Below are positions 1 through 9,473 of a DNA stretch of 64,000 nt, piece after piece. The stretch is taken from NCBI GenBank assembly GCA_963745025.1, contig CAVUWD010000020.1:207527-271526 (forward strand), in the 5' to 3' direction. The notes beneath the pieces were generated by a model, which ran no database searches, was not told the origin of the DNA, and was given only the letters and a program-made list of their open reading frames with translations. The position numbers and the translations under genes are program-made. Within the stretch, counting starts at the first letter, position 1, and each line of letters opens with the position of its first letter. This DNA comes from an uncultured delta proteobacterium. Its GTDB lineage: Bacteria > Desulfobacterota > Binatia > JACPRU01.

Positions 1-500
1 GTGGATTGCTCCACGCGCCGGAGCTGCTGTTGCTCGACGAGCCGAGCACCGGTCTCGATCCGGGGGCACGCCGCGATTTCGCGCAGCACCTGCGAGCCTT
101 GCGTGACCGTGACGGCGTGACCGTCGTGCTGACCACTCATTACATGGAGGAGGCCGAGCGCGCCGATCGGGTCGCCGTGCTGCACGAGGGTTCCCTGGTG
201 GCGCTGGGTACGCCGGACGAGCTCAAGCGCAGCGTCGGCGGTGACGTCGTCGTGATCGAAGCCGTGTCGCCGCAGGATCTGCGCGACAAGGTCCGGGCGC
301 GATTCGGCCTCGACGCGCAGCTCGTCGACGGCACGCTGCGGGTGGAGAGATCCCGCGGTCACGAGTTCGTGCGCGACGTCGTCGAGGCGTTTCCCGGCGA
401 GGTTCGATCCGTTACGTTCGGGCGGCCGACGCTCGAAGACGTGTTCGTCCATGTCACCGGTCGGCGCTTCTCGGAGGCCAACGGGGGACCGCAGTCGTGA
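1..500 (+). CDS. ABC transporter ATP-binding subunit (DrrA-like), 5' truncated by window
   Basis: Walker B LLLLDEPSTGLDP, H-loop LTTHYMEEA, C-terminal PTLEDVF motif. Confidence 0.9.
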   Translation, partial: GLLHAPELLLLDEPSTGLDPGARRDFAQHLRALRDRDGVTVVLTTHYMEEAERADRVAVLHEGSLVALGTPDELKRSVGGDVVVIEAVSPQDLRDKVRARFGLDAQLVDGTLRVERSRGHEFVRDVVEAFPGEVRSVTFGRPTLEDVFVHVTGRRFSEANGGPQS

Positions 501-1279
501 CCCGCTATTGGCGTCCGGTCATGACCCTCTGGTGGCGCGAAGTCATTCGCTTCGTGCGCCAGCGGAGCCGGCTCTTCGGCTCATTTGCGCAGCCGTTGGT
601 CTTCTGGATGCTGCTCGGCGGCGGAATGAACGCGTCATTTCAACCCGCGGCAGGCGCCGGAGGCACGAGCTACGTCGAGTACTTCTATCCTGGCGTCATG
701 GTCATGGTGTTGCTGTTCACCGCGATCTTCGCGACCATCTCGACGGTCGAGGATCGCCGCGTAGGATTCCTGCAGGGGGTGCTCGTGGCCCCGGTCTCGC
801 GCGCGCAAATCGTGCTGGGCCAGGCGCTCGGCGGCGCCACGCTCGCGCTCGTGCAAGGCGCGCTCTTTCTCGTCCTGGCCCCATTCGCCGGAATCCACCT
901 CGGCGTCGGCGCCGTCGTCGGAGCGGTTTTCGTGATGTTCTTGGTTTCGTTCGCGCTCACCAGCCTCGGGTTGGTGATCGCTTGGAAGATGGAGTCCACG
1001 CAGGGATTTCACGCGGTCATGAATCTGATCCTGATGCCGATCTGGTTCCTCTCCGGCGCCGTATTTCCGGTCTCCGGAGTACCGCGTGTGCTGGGCTGGG
1101 TGATGCGGGCGAATCCGCTCACGTACGGCATGGCGGCGCTTCGCCGTGCACTGTATTCGGGCAATCCAGCGGCGGTGAGCGCGCTGCCCGGGTTGGTTTT
1201 GTCGCTCGCGGTCACCGCGGCATTCGCCGCGCTCTCCTTCTTGGCTGCCGCCGCGATTGCGCGGCGCGCTGCCGCGTAG
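497..1279 (+). CDS. ABC-2 type exporter permease
   Basis: About 6 hydrophobic segments, FLSGAVFP and NPLTY motifs; start overlaps ATPase stop. Confidence 0.9.
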   Translation: MTRYWRPVMTLWWREVIRFVRQRSRLFGSFAQPLVFWMLLGGGMNASFQPAAGAGGTSYVEYFYPGVMVMVLLFTAIFATISTVEDRRVGFLQGVLVAPVSRAQIVLGQALGGATLALVQGALFLVLAPFAGIHLGVGAVVGAVFVMFLVSFALTSLGLVIAWKMESTQGFHAVMNLILMPIWFLSGAVFPVSGVPRVLGWVMRANPLTYGMAALRRALYSGNPAAVSALPGLVLSLAVTAAFAALSFLAAAAIARRAAA

Positions 1280-1382
1280 CGGGGACCTTCTTCACTGGTC
1301 GCCCTTCCCGTGACGCGCCGTTCCGCGACGAACAGGAAGGGACCTATGCCAGTGAGGACGGTCCCGCTCCGCGGGCCGTCCG

Positions 1383-1823
1383 TCAGGCCGCGATCTTCTG
1401 GTAACCGTCGCCGACCTTGCGAACCCGCTTCGCTCGGCTCCACTGCGCAAGACTGATGCCGGCACGTTGACCCGCAAGCTTTCTCACGTCTTCCAACGTG
1501 AAGGTCTTGCCGAGCTTCTGGAAATACTTCTCGGCCTGGGGAGTGCCTCGACGCCGCGTTCTCGCGCGCGCGCGCGTGGGTTTGCCGGGCCGGCCAGCCT
1601 TGCGCGGCCGCCCGGGCCCGCGGCGCTTGCGGACCGGCGCCGCGCCGAAGAGCTCGGATTTGAAGATCCGCTCCTCGCTGACCAGCTTGGCTAACCTCGC
1701 GGTCGTCAGGCGGATTTCGCTCCGGAGAGAATCGAGAGCGCTCTTCGCCGCAGCGCGAGCCTGCCGCACGATTGTCAGCGCGCCGCCGGTCGCCCGTCTC
1801 TGTCTTCGTTGCTTTCTAGGCAT
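1383..1823 (-). CDS. Small basic protein with coiled coil and AT-hook-like motif; putative nucleoid/DNA-binding protein
   Basis: RBS AGAGGAGA upstream of ATG at 1823; KRRGPGRPRKAGRP motif; Arg/Lys-rich. Confidence 0.6.
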   Translation of the reverse strand: MPRKQRRQRRATGGALTIVRQARAAAKSALDSLRSEIRLTTARLAKLVSEERIFKSELFGAAPVRKRRGPGRPRKAGRPGKPTRARARTRRRGTPQAEKYFQKLGKTFTLEDVRKLAGQRAGISLAQWSRAKRVRKVGDGYQKIAA

Positions 1824-1982
1824 GCACTGTTCTCCTCTGTATGGCCGCATCCACCGCGAGCCGGTACATCATCATTGCATGAAGCGCGATCAAATAGCCA
1901 ACTGGCCAGAGCCGACATTTGCGCATATGTGCGGGCATTTGACAAACCTAGCCTCGAAGTAAAAATACTTGAATCCGCTAGA

Positions 1983-2111
1983 GCGTGCCGAGCCCGTACC
2001 CGACTGGGGCGCCACGAGTTGCTTCCTAGACACCTGTCGCGCCTCCACAGACGGCCCCGCCACTCATCAGGCGCTCGCGACGCGCCCCAGTCGGGTGCGG
2101 GCTCGGCACGC
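1983..2111. repeat. 30-bp near-perfect inverted repeat with 69-bp spacer
   Basis: GCGTGCCGAGCCCGTACCCGACTGGGGCGC (1983-2012) vs its reverse complement at 2082-2111, one mismatch. Confidence 0.85.
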
Positions 2112-2291
2112 GTCTTGGCCCAAATTATTTTCGCTTCGAGGTGAATGGCATCCATTGGGTCGGAATTCCCGATCGGGCACCGCCGGCCCTCTGCATTCGG
2201 CGCTCGCCAAGCCTTCTCGACGGCCGAGAGCCGAAAGCCGATGCGGCTGTCGTCCGCGGAGAGTACCTAGACAATCGGTTGCGCTCGAATC

Positions 2292-4967
2292 ATGATCGGC
2301 ACCATGGAATCGACGCAAGATCGCGCCGAGCAGAACGCCGAGATCGATGCTTGGCTGGATACGCTCGAGGGTCTGGCGCGCGAGCGGGGGATGGCGGCGG
2401 CGCGGCGGCTGCTCTCCCGTCTAGTCGAGCACGGCCAACGTATGGGGATCGCGGTCACCGCGCCCCTGAACACGCCCTACGTCAACACCATACCGGTCGA
2501 AGACCAGCCTCCCTATCCGGGCGACCGGGACATCGAGCGCCGGATCAAGAGCCTCATTCGCTGGAATGCCATGGCCATGGTCGTGAAGGCGAACAAGCAT
2601 TCACCGGGCATCGGCGGTCACATCTCGACGTATGCCTCGGCGGCAACGCTTTTCGAAGTCGGCTTCAATCACTTCTTCCGGGGCCGAGACGGCGGCGCGG
2701 GGGATCAAGTCTTCTTCCAGGGGCATGCGTCGCCAGGTGTGTACGCCCGGGCGTTTCTCGAAGGGCGCATCAGCGAGGCGGAGCTCCACGGCTTCCGGCG
2801 CGAGCTCTCCCCGGGCGGCGGGCTGTCGTCCTATCCCCATCCCTGGTTGATGCCTGATTTCTGGCAATTTCCGACCGTATCGATGGGCCTATCACCGATT
2901 GCCGCGATCTATCAGGCGCGCTTCAATCGCTATTTGCACGCGCGGGGCTTGTGCGACACGTCGGACTGTCGGGTCTGGGCGTTTCTCGGCGACGGCGAAA
3001 TGGACGAGCCCGAGAGTCTCGGCGCGATCACACTGGCCGCCCGCGAGCAGCTCGACAACCTGGTGTTCGTCGTCAATTGCAATCTCCAGCGCCTCGACGG
3101 ACCTGTTCGCGGCAATGGCAAGATCATTCAGGAGCTCGAGGCGGCCTTCCGCGGCGCCGGCTGGAACGTGATCAAGGTCGTTTGGGGGGACGACTGGGAT
3201 CCGCTGCTGGCACGCGACGACGAAGGCCTGCTCGTCCGCCGCATGACGGAGGCGCTCGACGGCGATTATCAGAAGTACACGGTCGAATCGGGCGACTACA
3301 TCCGCAAGCGTTTCTTCGGTACGCATCCGACGCTCTTGCAGATGGTCGAGGATTTGACCGACGCGAAGCTGCGCAAGATGCGCCGGGGCGGTCACGACCC
3401 CGAGAAGGTGTATGCCGCCTACAAGGCCGCGGTCGAGCATCGCGGTTCGCCCACGGTGATCCTCGCCAAGACCGTCAAGGGCTGGGGGCTCGGCGAGGTC
3501 GGCGAGGGACGCAACGTCACACACCAGCAGAAGAAGCTCTCCGAGAAGGAGCTGCGCAGCTTCCGTGACCGTTTCGGCATACCGATCGGCGACCGTGAGC
3601 TGCTCCAGACGCCTTTCTACCGCCCGCCCGAAGATAGCGAGGAGGTGCAGTACCTCCTCGAGCGGCGTCGTGAGCTCGGTGGCTTCGTGCCGCATCGTGT
3701 GGCGCAGGCGCCCCCGCTCGAACGACTGCCGGCTTCGCTCTTCGAAGAGTTCCTGCAGTCCAGCGGCGACCGCGAGGTCGCGACGACGATGGTTCTTGTT
3801 CGGTTGCTGCGCCATCTGATGAACGATCCCAAGATCGGCCACTCGATCGTGCCGATCGTTCCGGACGAAGCGCGGACGTTCGGCATGGACGCGCTGTTCC
3901 GCAAGTACGGCATCTACTCGTCGCTCGGACAGCGTTACGAGCCCGCGGACTCCGACGTCGTGGCGTACTATCGAGAGGCCGAAGACGGGCAATTGCTCGA
4001 GGAGGGAATCACCGAAGCAGGCGCGATGGCCTCCTTCATCGCCGCCGGCACCGCCTATGCCACGCACGGTGTGACGACGATTCCCTTTCTCGTCTTCTAT
4101 TCGATGTTCGGCTTTCAGCGCGTCGGTGACCTGATCTGGCAGAATGCGGACTGCCGCGGACGAGGCTTTCTGATTGGCGCCACCGCGGGGCGCACGACGC
4201 TCGCCGGCGAGGGGCTGCAGCACCAAGACGGGCACAGCCATCTACTGGCGAGCGTCGTGCCCACGGTTCGCGCCTATGATCCGGCGTACGCCTACGAGAT
4301 CGCCACGATCGTCCGTGACGGTGTCCGCCGCATGTCGATCGAGCAAGAAGACGTAGTCTATTACCTGACCGTGCAGAACGAAATGTACGCGATGCCGGCG
4401 ATGCCGCCCGGCGTGGAGGACGGGATCCTGCGCGGCATGTATCGTCTCGAGCCCGCCGAGGGGCCGTCCTCCTGGCCGCGCGTGCATTTGCTCGGTAGCG
4501 GCGCGATCCTTCGCGAGGTGCAGCGGGCGCGAGCGCTTCTCGCCGAGCGCGAAGTCGCCGCGACGGTGTGGAGCGTGACCAGCTATAGCGAGCTTCGTCG
4601 CGAGGCGCTCGCAGCCGAGCGCTGGAACCGCCTCCATCCGGAAGAGAAGCCGCGCATGCCGTACGTGAGCCGCCTGCTGGCGGTCGAGCCATGGCCGATC
4701 GTCGCGGCCACGGATTACATGAAGATCGTGGCCGATCAGATCGCGCGCTTCGTGCCTTCGACTTTCCTCGCTCTCGGCACCGATGGCTTCGGTCGCAGTG
4801 ACGATCGAGCGTCTTTGCGGCGCTTTTTCGAGGTCGACGCGGAGTCGATCGCGGTCGCCGCCCTGTCGGAGCTCGTCCGTGCCGGACGGATCGATGCTCC
4901 CCGTGTCGCGACGGCGATCCGCGACTTCGCGATCGATCCGGAGACCCCGGATCCGGTGCGCCGCTGA
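2292..4967 (+). CDS. aceE: Pyruvate dehydrogenase E1 component, homodimeric type
   Basis: GGHISTYAS, FPTVSMGL, TPP motif GDGEMDEPES, NCNLQRLDGPVRGNGK. Confidence 0.97.
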   Translation: MIGTMESTQDRAEQNAEIDAWLDTLEGLARERGMAAARRLLSRLVEHGQRMGIAVTAPLNTPYVNTIPVEDQPPYPGDRDIERRIKSLIRWNAMAMVVKANKHSPGIGGHISTYASAATLFEVGFNHFFRGRDGGAGDQVFFQGHASPGVYARAFLEGRISEAELHGFRRELSPGGGLSSYPHPWLMPDFWQFPTVSMGLSPIAAIYQARFNRYLHARGLCDTSDCRVWAFLGDGEMDEPESLGAITLAAREQLDNLVFVVNCNLQRLDGPVRGNGKIIQELEAAFRGAGWNVIKVVWGDDWDPLLARDDEGLLVRRMTEALDGDYQKYTVESGDYIRKRFFGTHPTLLQMVEDLTDAKLRKMRRGGHDPEKVYAAYKAAVEHRGSPTVILAKTVKGWGLGEVGEGRNVTHQQKKLSEKELRSFRDRFGIPIGDRELLQTPFYRPPEDSEEVQYLLERRRELGGFVPHRVAQAPPLERLPASLFEEFLQSSGDREVATTMVLVRLLRHLMNDPKIGHSIVPIVPDEARTFGMDALFRKYGIYSSLGQRYEPADSDVVAYYREAEDGQLLEEGITEAGAMASFIAAGTAYATHGVTTIPFLVFYSMFGFQRVGDLIWQNADCRGRGFLIGATAGRTTLAGEGLQHQDGHSHLLASVVPTVRAYDPAYAYEIATIVRDGVRRMSIEQEDVVYYLTVQNEMYAMPAMPPGVEDGILRGMYRLEPAEGPSSWPRVHLLGSGAILREVQRARALLAEREVAATVWSVTSYSELRREALAAERWNRLHPEEKPRMPYVSRLLAVEPWPIVAATDYMKIVADQIARFVPSTFLALGTDGFGRSDDRASLRRFFEVDAESIAVAALSELVRAGRIDAPRVATAIRDFAIDPETPDPVRR

Positions 4968-4969
4968 GC

Positions 4970-5599
4970 GTGAAAGTCGGTCCGCTACCGATCTTGATCG
5001 GCCTCCTCGGGGCCGTCGGAATCCTCGCCGCAGGCGGGGTGAGCGTGGCGGTTTGCACGCTCGCGGCGATCACCGGCGGCGTGTTCGCGGATCTCGCTCG
5101 CCGCGCAGGGCGTGAGACGCCCTCGACGGTGAACGACGCCACCGATTTGTGGAGCTCACTCGGCTTCTTCGCGATCTTGGTCGCTGCCGCTTTCGATCTC
5201 GGCCGATCCGCCGCGGAGCGCTCTACGCCACTGGATTGGACGCTGCGCATCGCCGGAACCGCCGTGATCATCCCGGGCGCGATCTTGCGCGGGGTGGCTG
5301 CCCGCTCCCTCGGGGCGAGCTTCGCCGTGCGGCTCGGGACGCGCGAAGATCAGCGCCTCATCGACTCGGGGCCCTATCGCTGGATTCGCCACCCGAGCTA
5401 TGCGGGGCTGCTGCTAGTGGCCCTGGGCACGGCGCTCGGGCTCTGTAGCCCATTCGCGTTCGCCGCGACGGCGGGCTTCTGGCTTCCCATCGTCGTGGTG
5501 CGCATCGCGCGCGAGGAGCGAATGCTGAGCGAGCGCTTCGGGCGCGACTACGCCGACTACCAGAGGCGCACGTGGCGCCTCGTCCCCGGGGTTTACTGA
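4970..5599 (+). CDS. Isoprenylcysteine carboxyl methyltransferase family membrane protein
   Basis: GPYRWIRHPSYAG and REERML..FG..Y..Y motifs. Confidence 0.85.
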   Translation: MKVGPLPILIGLLGAVGILAAGGVSVAVCTLAAITGGVFADLARRAGRETPSTVNDATDLWSSLGFFAILVAAAFDLGRSAAERSTPLDWTLRIAGTAVIIPGAILRGVAARSLGASFAVRLGTREDQRLIDSGPYRWIRHPSYAGLLLVALGTALGLCSPFAFAATAGFWLPIVVVRIAREERMLSERFGRDYADYQRRTWRLVPGVY

Positions 5600-6282
5600 T
5601 GCGCGTCGTCGTCCTGCAGCACGAGTCGATCGAGGGACCTGGGGTATGGGCGGAGACGCTCCTCGAGCACGGGGCGAGCGTCGAGTGCGTTCTCGTGCCG
5701 GCGCGGGGCGTTCCCGAGGCCGCGGAAGGCGCGGACCTCGTGATCTCGATGGGCGGATCGATGAGCGTCAACGATCGCCTGCCGTGGATCGCGGCGGAAA
5801 TCGCGCTGCTCGCCGAGCGCATTCGCTCCGGTGCCCCCGTTCTCGGCGTCTGCTTGGGGTCGCAGCTGATCGCCAAAGCCGCTGGAGGAACCGTCGAGCC
5901 CGGTGACGCTTTCGAGATCGGCGTTCATACGGTCGAGCTCACGAGCGAGGGCATCGCCGATCCCGTGACGGCGGTGCTCCCGCCGCGCTTCGCGGTCCTG
6001 CAGTGGCACGGAGAGATCTCCCGCGACGTCCCAGGCGCCGTGACGCTCGCGCGGTCGACGAGTGTTCCGATGCAAGCCTTTCTCGTCGCTCGCGCCTACG
6101 GGTTGCTCTTCCACCTCGAGGCGACGCTGCATTCGATCGTCGCGATGTCCCGCGCGTTCCCGGACGATCTTCGCCGCGGAGGGCTCGAGCCCCGGGCACT
6201 TGTCGAGCAAGCGCGAGAGCGGCTTCCCGACATCCACGAGCACGCGCGGCGGCTGCTCGGCGCGCTGCTTCGCTTAGAGTAA
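5599..6282 (+). CDS. Class I glutamine amidotransferase (GMP synthase-like, stand-alone)
   Basis: LQH, MGG, nucleophile GVCLGSQL, QWHG, FHLE; start overlaps upstream stop. Confidence 0.88.
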   Translation: MRVVVLQHESIEGPGVWAETLLEHGASVECVLVPARGVPEAAEGADLVISMGGSMSVNDRLPWIAAEIALLAERIRSGAPVLGVCLGSQLIAKAAGGTVEPGDAFEIGVHTVELTSEGIADPVTAVLPPRFAVLQWHGEISRDVPGAVTLARSTSVPMQAFLVARAYGLLFHLEATLHSIVAMSRAFPDDLRRGGLEPRALVEQARERLPDIHEHARRLLGALLRLE

Positions 6283-6402
6283 CACATCCAACGCTCGAAC
6301 GTTCCGCGCTTCGCGCCCCATCCGTGCGAGCATACGTAGGGTGATGTACCGGACACTACGACCGCGACCGGCACGCCCATTCCCGGAAACGCACACGCGG
6401 GC

Positions 6403-7257
6403 TCATGGAGGTTGCGTCGCTTGGAGTTGCCGTTCGAACCGCTCGGCGATTCGGCGGTTCAGCCACGCCGTGAAGCCGGGAGACAGCCGTTTCAGGAAGT
6501 ACGTCACCCAGGCTTCCGGCGAGACCGGCGCCAACGCAGCGTCGCGCGCGACGGCCTTGAGGATCTTCTCGGCGACGAGCTCCGGACCGTAATTTCGCCG
6601 GCGGTAGAACTCGACCATCCGCTCCCGCGCGCCGGGAAGCGCCGCTTTGCCCCGCAGTCGCGCCGCTCCCGTGATCGGCGTGTCTATGATTCCCGGGCAG
6701 ATGGCGGTGACGCCGATGCCGCGGGGCTTGAGCTCGTCACGCAGCGCCTCCGACAGCCCGACGACGGCGAACTTCGTCGTGCTGTAAGCCGACAGCGCCT
6801 CGCTGGCGAGGTAGCCGGCGGCGGATGCCACGTTCACCACGTGTCCGCCGCGTCCGCGCGCGACCATCTTCGGAACGAAGAAATGGCAGCCGTGCACGAT
6901 GCCACAGAGATTGATGCCGATGATCCAGTCCCAATCCTCGAGCGTGGTATCGAGAAAGGCGGCGCCGAGGCCGACGCCGGCGTTGTTGACGAGCACGTCG
7001 ACCGCCTCGACCTCCGCGTGCACCGCATCGGCAAACGCGCGCATGCGCCCGCGATCGGCGACATCGACGAAGTGGCTCGCCGCTTTGCGCCCGAGCGCCC
7101 GGATGTCGTCGGCGGTGCGTGCGCTAGCCGTCTCGTTGACGTCGCACACGACCAGATCCGCGCCGCGCCGGGCGAAGGCGAGCGCGGTTTCCCGGCCGAT
7201 TCCACTGCCCGCGCCCGTGACCAGGACCACCTTGCCGCTGAGGGTGGAGACGTCCAT
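6403..7257 (-). CDS. Short-chain dehydrogenase/reductase
   Basis: TGAGSGIG, NNAG, YSTTK. Confidence 0.93.
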   Translation of the reverse strand: MDVSTLSGKVVLVTGAGSGIGRETALAFARRGADLVVCDVNETASARTADDIRALGRKAASHFVDVADRGRMRAFADAVHAEVEAVDVLVNNAGVGLGAAFLDTTLEDWDWIIGINLCGIVHGCHFFVPKMVARGRGGHVVNVASAAGYLASEALSAYSTTKFAVVGLSEALRDELKPRGIGVTAICPGIIDTPITGAARLRGKAALPGARERMVEFYRRRNYGPELVAEKILKAVARDAALAPVSPEAWVTYFLKRLSPGFTAWLNRRIAERFERQLQATQPP

Positions 7258-7268
7258 GAAGCTCAGGA

Positions 7269-7343
7269 GGCTACCGGCTTCCGGCTACGGGCTTCGAAAA
7301 GACTTCGCGAAGGCCTTTCCTGTAGCCGGTAGCCTGTAGCCGG
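7269..7343. repeat. Heptamer-based palindromic intergenic element (GGCTACC)n...(GGTAGCC)n
   Basis: GGCTACC GGCTTCC GGCTACG ... CTGTAGC CGGTAGC CTGTAGC; related copies at 9399, 14667, 24632. Confidence 0.7.
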
Positions 7344-7347
7344 TCTT

Positions 7348-7716
7348 TCATCTCCGCGTCGGAATCACGTGTCGCACTCCGCCGCGCGGATCGGGGTGAT
7401 CTCCGCGGTAGCGCGGGATCAGATGCCAGTGCGTGTGGCCGATCGACTGTCCGGCGGCGGACCCATCGTTGACGCCGATGTTGAAGCCGTCGGGATGGAA
7501 CTCCGCGACGATCTTGGTGCGTTCCTGCCCGATCAGCGCATAACAATCCCGCACTTCCTCGTGCGTGAGATCGAAGAAGCTCGCGCAGTGCCGCTTTGGG
7601 ATCACCAGGGTGTGGCCCTTGGAGGCCGGTTCCTTGTCCCGCACCGCTGCCGCCAGATCGTTTGCCGCGACGACTCGCGGACCGAGATCGCAGAAGGGAC
7701 AGTTCTCGGAGCTCAT
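7348..7716 (-). CDS. HIT family hydrolase
   Basis: CPFC, GHTLVIPKRH, HTHWHLIPRY triad. Confidence 0.93.
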   Translation of the reverse strand: MSSENCPFCDLGPRVVAANDLAAAVRDKEPASKGHTLVIPKRHCASFFDLTHEEVRDCYALIGQERTKIVAEFHPDGFNIGVNDGSAAGQSIGHTHWHLIPRYRGDHPDPRGGVRHVIPTRR

Positions 7717-7921
7717 TTGCGTCCTCCAGACCCGAAAGAATAAGACCCCGACAGCCTAGGAGAGAAGCGGAGCAGGGTCAATGACCGGCTGCCGGCCGTT
7801 GCTCTTCGGCTATCGGCCGAAGAGCGCATCCTCAAAAGCAGAAAGCCGATGGCCGACAGCGCAAGAACGGCGAGCGGCCCGACGGTTCGGAGAAGGGACC
7901 TTGAGTCTTAAGAAGGCGAAT

Positions 7922-9367
7922 CTAGAACATGGGGCTCGATGGGATGTAGGACTCTCCCATCAAATAAGTATCGAGGCCCCGTGCTGCTTCGCGGCCTTCC
8001 CAGATCGCCCAGACGACCAACGATTGACCCCGGCGAAGATCTCCACAGGCAAATACGCCGGGCACGCTCGACATGTAGCTACGATCGGTCGCCACGTTGC
8101 CGCGCTCGTCGAGCTTCAGGCCAAGGTCGTTGATCGGGCCGGCACGTTCGGGGCCGAGAAAGCCGAGTGCCAGCAATACCAAATCACAATCGAGCTCAAA
8201 ATTGCTGTCGATGATCTCCACCATTCTAGGCTGACCGTTGTCGCCGCGCTTCCACTCGAGGCGGACGGCGTGGAGCTTCTTCACCTTGCCGTTCTCTCCC
8301 GAGAAGCGCTTGGTGTTGATTGAGAAGTCGCGGACGACCCCTTCCTCGTGCGAGCTCGAGGTGCGGAGAATCATCGGCCAATAGGGCCACGGCATGTCGG
8401 CAGTGCGCTTGTCGGGCGGCCGGGGAAGAAGCTCGAACTGATGCACCGAGAGGGCTCCCTGCCGATTCGAGGTGCCCAAGCAGTCGGAGCCCGTGTCGCC
8501 GCCGCCGAGAATGATGACGCGCTTTCCCGCGGCGGTGAGCCGGTTCGGCACCTCGTCGCCGGCGACGAGCTTGTTCTGCTGTGGCAGGAAATCCATCGCG
8601 AAGTGAATGCCGTCCAGTTCCCGGCCCGGGATCGGTAGATCGCGAGGCGCGGTTGCGCCCCCCGCCAGGCAAATGGCATCGAAGGAGCTCCGCAGCTCGG
8701 CGGTCGGCACGTTGGAGCCGACGTTGGCGTTGGTCACGAAGCGGACCCCCTCGGCCTTCATCTGCTCCATCCGGCGGTCGACCAAATGTTTCTCCATCTT
8801 GAAGTCCGGGATGCCGTAGCGGAGCAGGCCGCCGATCCGGTCGGCGCGCTCGAAGACTGTGACGAGATGACCCGCGCGCGCGAGCTGCTGCGCGCAGGCC
8901 AGCCCCGCCGGCCCCGAGCCGACGACCGCGACCGTCTTGCCCGTTCGCCGCGGCGGGGGCTGCGGCGTGATCCAGCCTTCGGCGAAGGCGTGATCGACGA
9001 TCTGCTTCTCGATCTGTTTGATCGTCACCGGGTCGTCGTTGATGTTGAGGACGCACGCCTCTTCGCAGGGCGCGGGACAGACGCGTCCGGTGAATTCGGG
9101 GAAATTGTTGGTCGAATGGAGGCGCCGGATCGCCTCCTTCCAGCGGCCGCGATAGATGAGGTCGTTCCAGTCGGGGATGATGTTCCCGAGCGGGCAGCCC
9201 TTGTGACAGAAGGGGATGCCGCAATCCATGCAGCGCGCGCCCTGCTGGCGGAGCTCGTCCTCCGGCAGCTTGCCCTCGAGTTCGCGCCAATCCTTCAGTC
9301 GCTCCTCGACCGGCCGCCGCTGCGGCAGCTCGCGAGGAATTTCCAAGAATCCAGTGATTTTGCCCAT
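7922..9367 (-). CDS. gltD: Glutamate synthase small subunit
   Basis: [53 protein letters not shown]. Confidence 0.97.
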   Translation of the reverse strand: MGKITGFLEIPRELPQRRPVEERLKDWRELEGKLPEDELRQQGARCMDCGIPFCHKGCPLGNIIPDWNDLIYRGRWKEAIRRLHSTNNFPEFTGRVCPAPCEEACVLNINDDPVTIKQIEKQIVDHAFAEGWITPQPPPRRTGKTVAVVGSGPAGLACAQQLARAGHLVTVFERADRIGGLLRYGIPDFKMEKHLVDRRMEQMKAEGVRFVTNANVGSNVPTAELRSSFDAICLAGGATAPRDLPIPGRELDGIHFAMDFLPQQNKLVAGDEVPNRLTAAGKRVIILGGGDTGSDCLGTSNRQGALSVHQFELLPRPPDKRTADMPWPYWPMILRTSSSHEEGVVRDFSINTKRFSGENGKVKKLHAVRLEWKRGDNGQPRMVEIIDSNFELDCDLVLLALGFLGPERAGPINDLGLKLDERGNVATDRSYMSSVPGVFACGDLRRGQSLVVWAIWEGREAARGLDTYLMGESYIPSSPMF

Positions 9368-9398
9368 GCGCTCCCGCTCGTGACTCAGTTCATGGATT

Positions 9399-9470
9399 CG
9401 GCTACCGACTACCGGCTTCCGGCAAAGACTTCTCTGAGTCTTTTGCGGTAGCCGGCAGCCGGTGGCCGGC
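9399..9470. repeat. Heptamer palindromic intergenic element between gltB and gltD
   Basis: GGCTACC GACTACC GGCTTCC ... CGGTAGC CGGCAGC CGGTGGC. Confidence 0.7.
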
Positions 9471-9473
9471 TTT

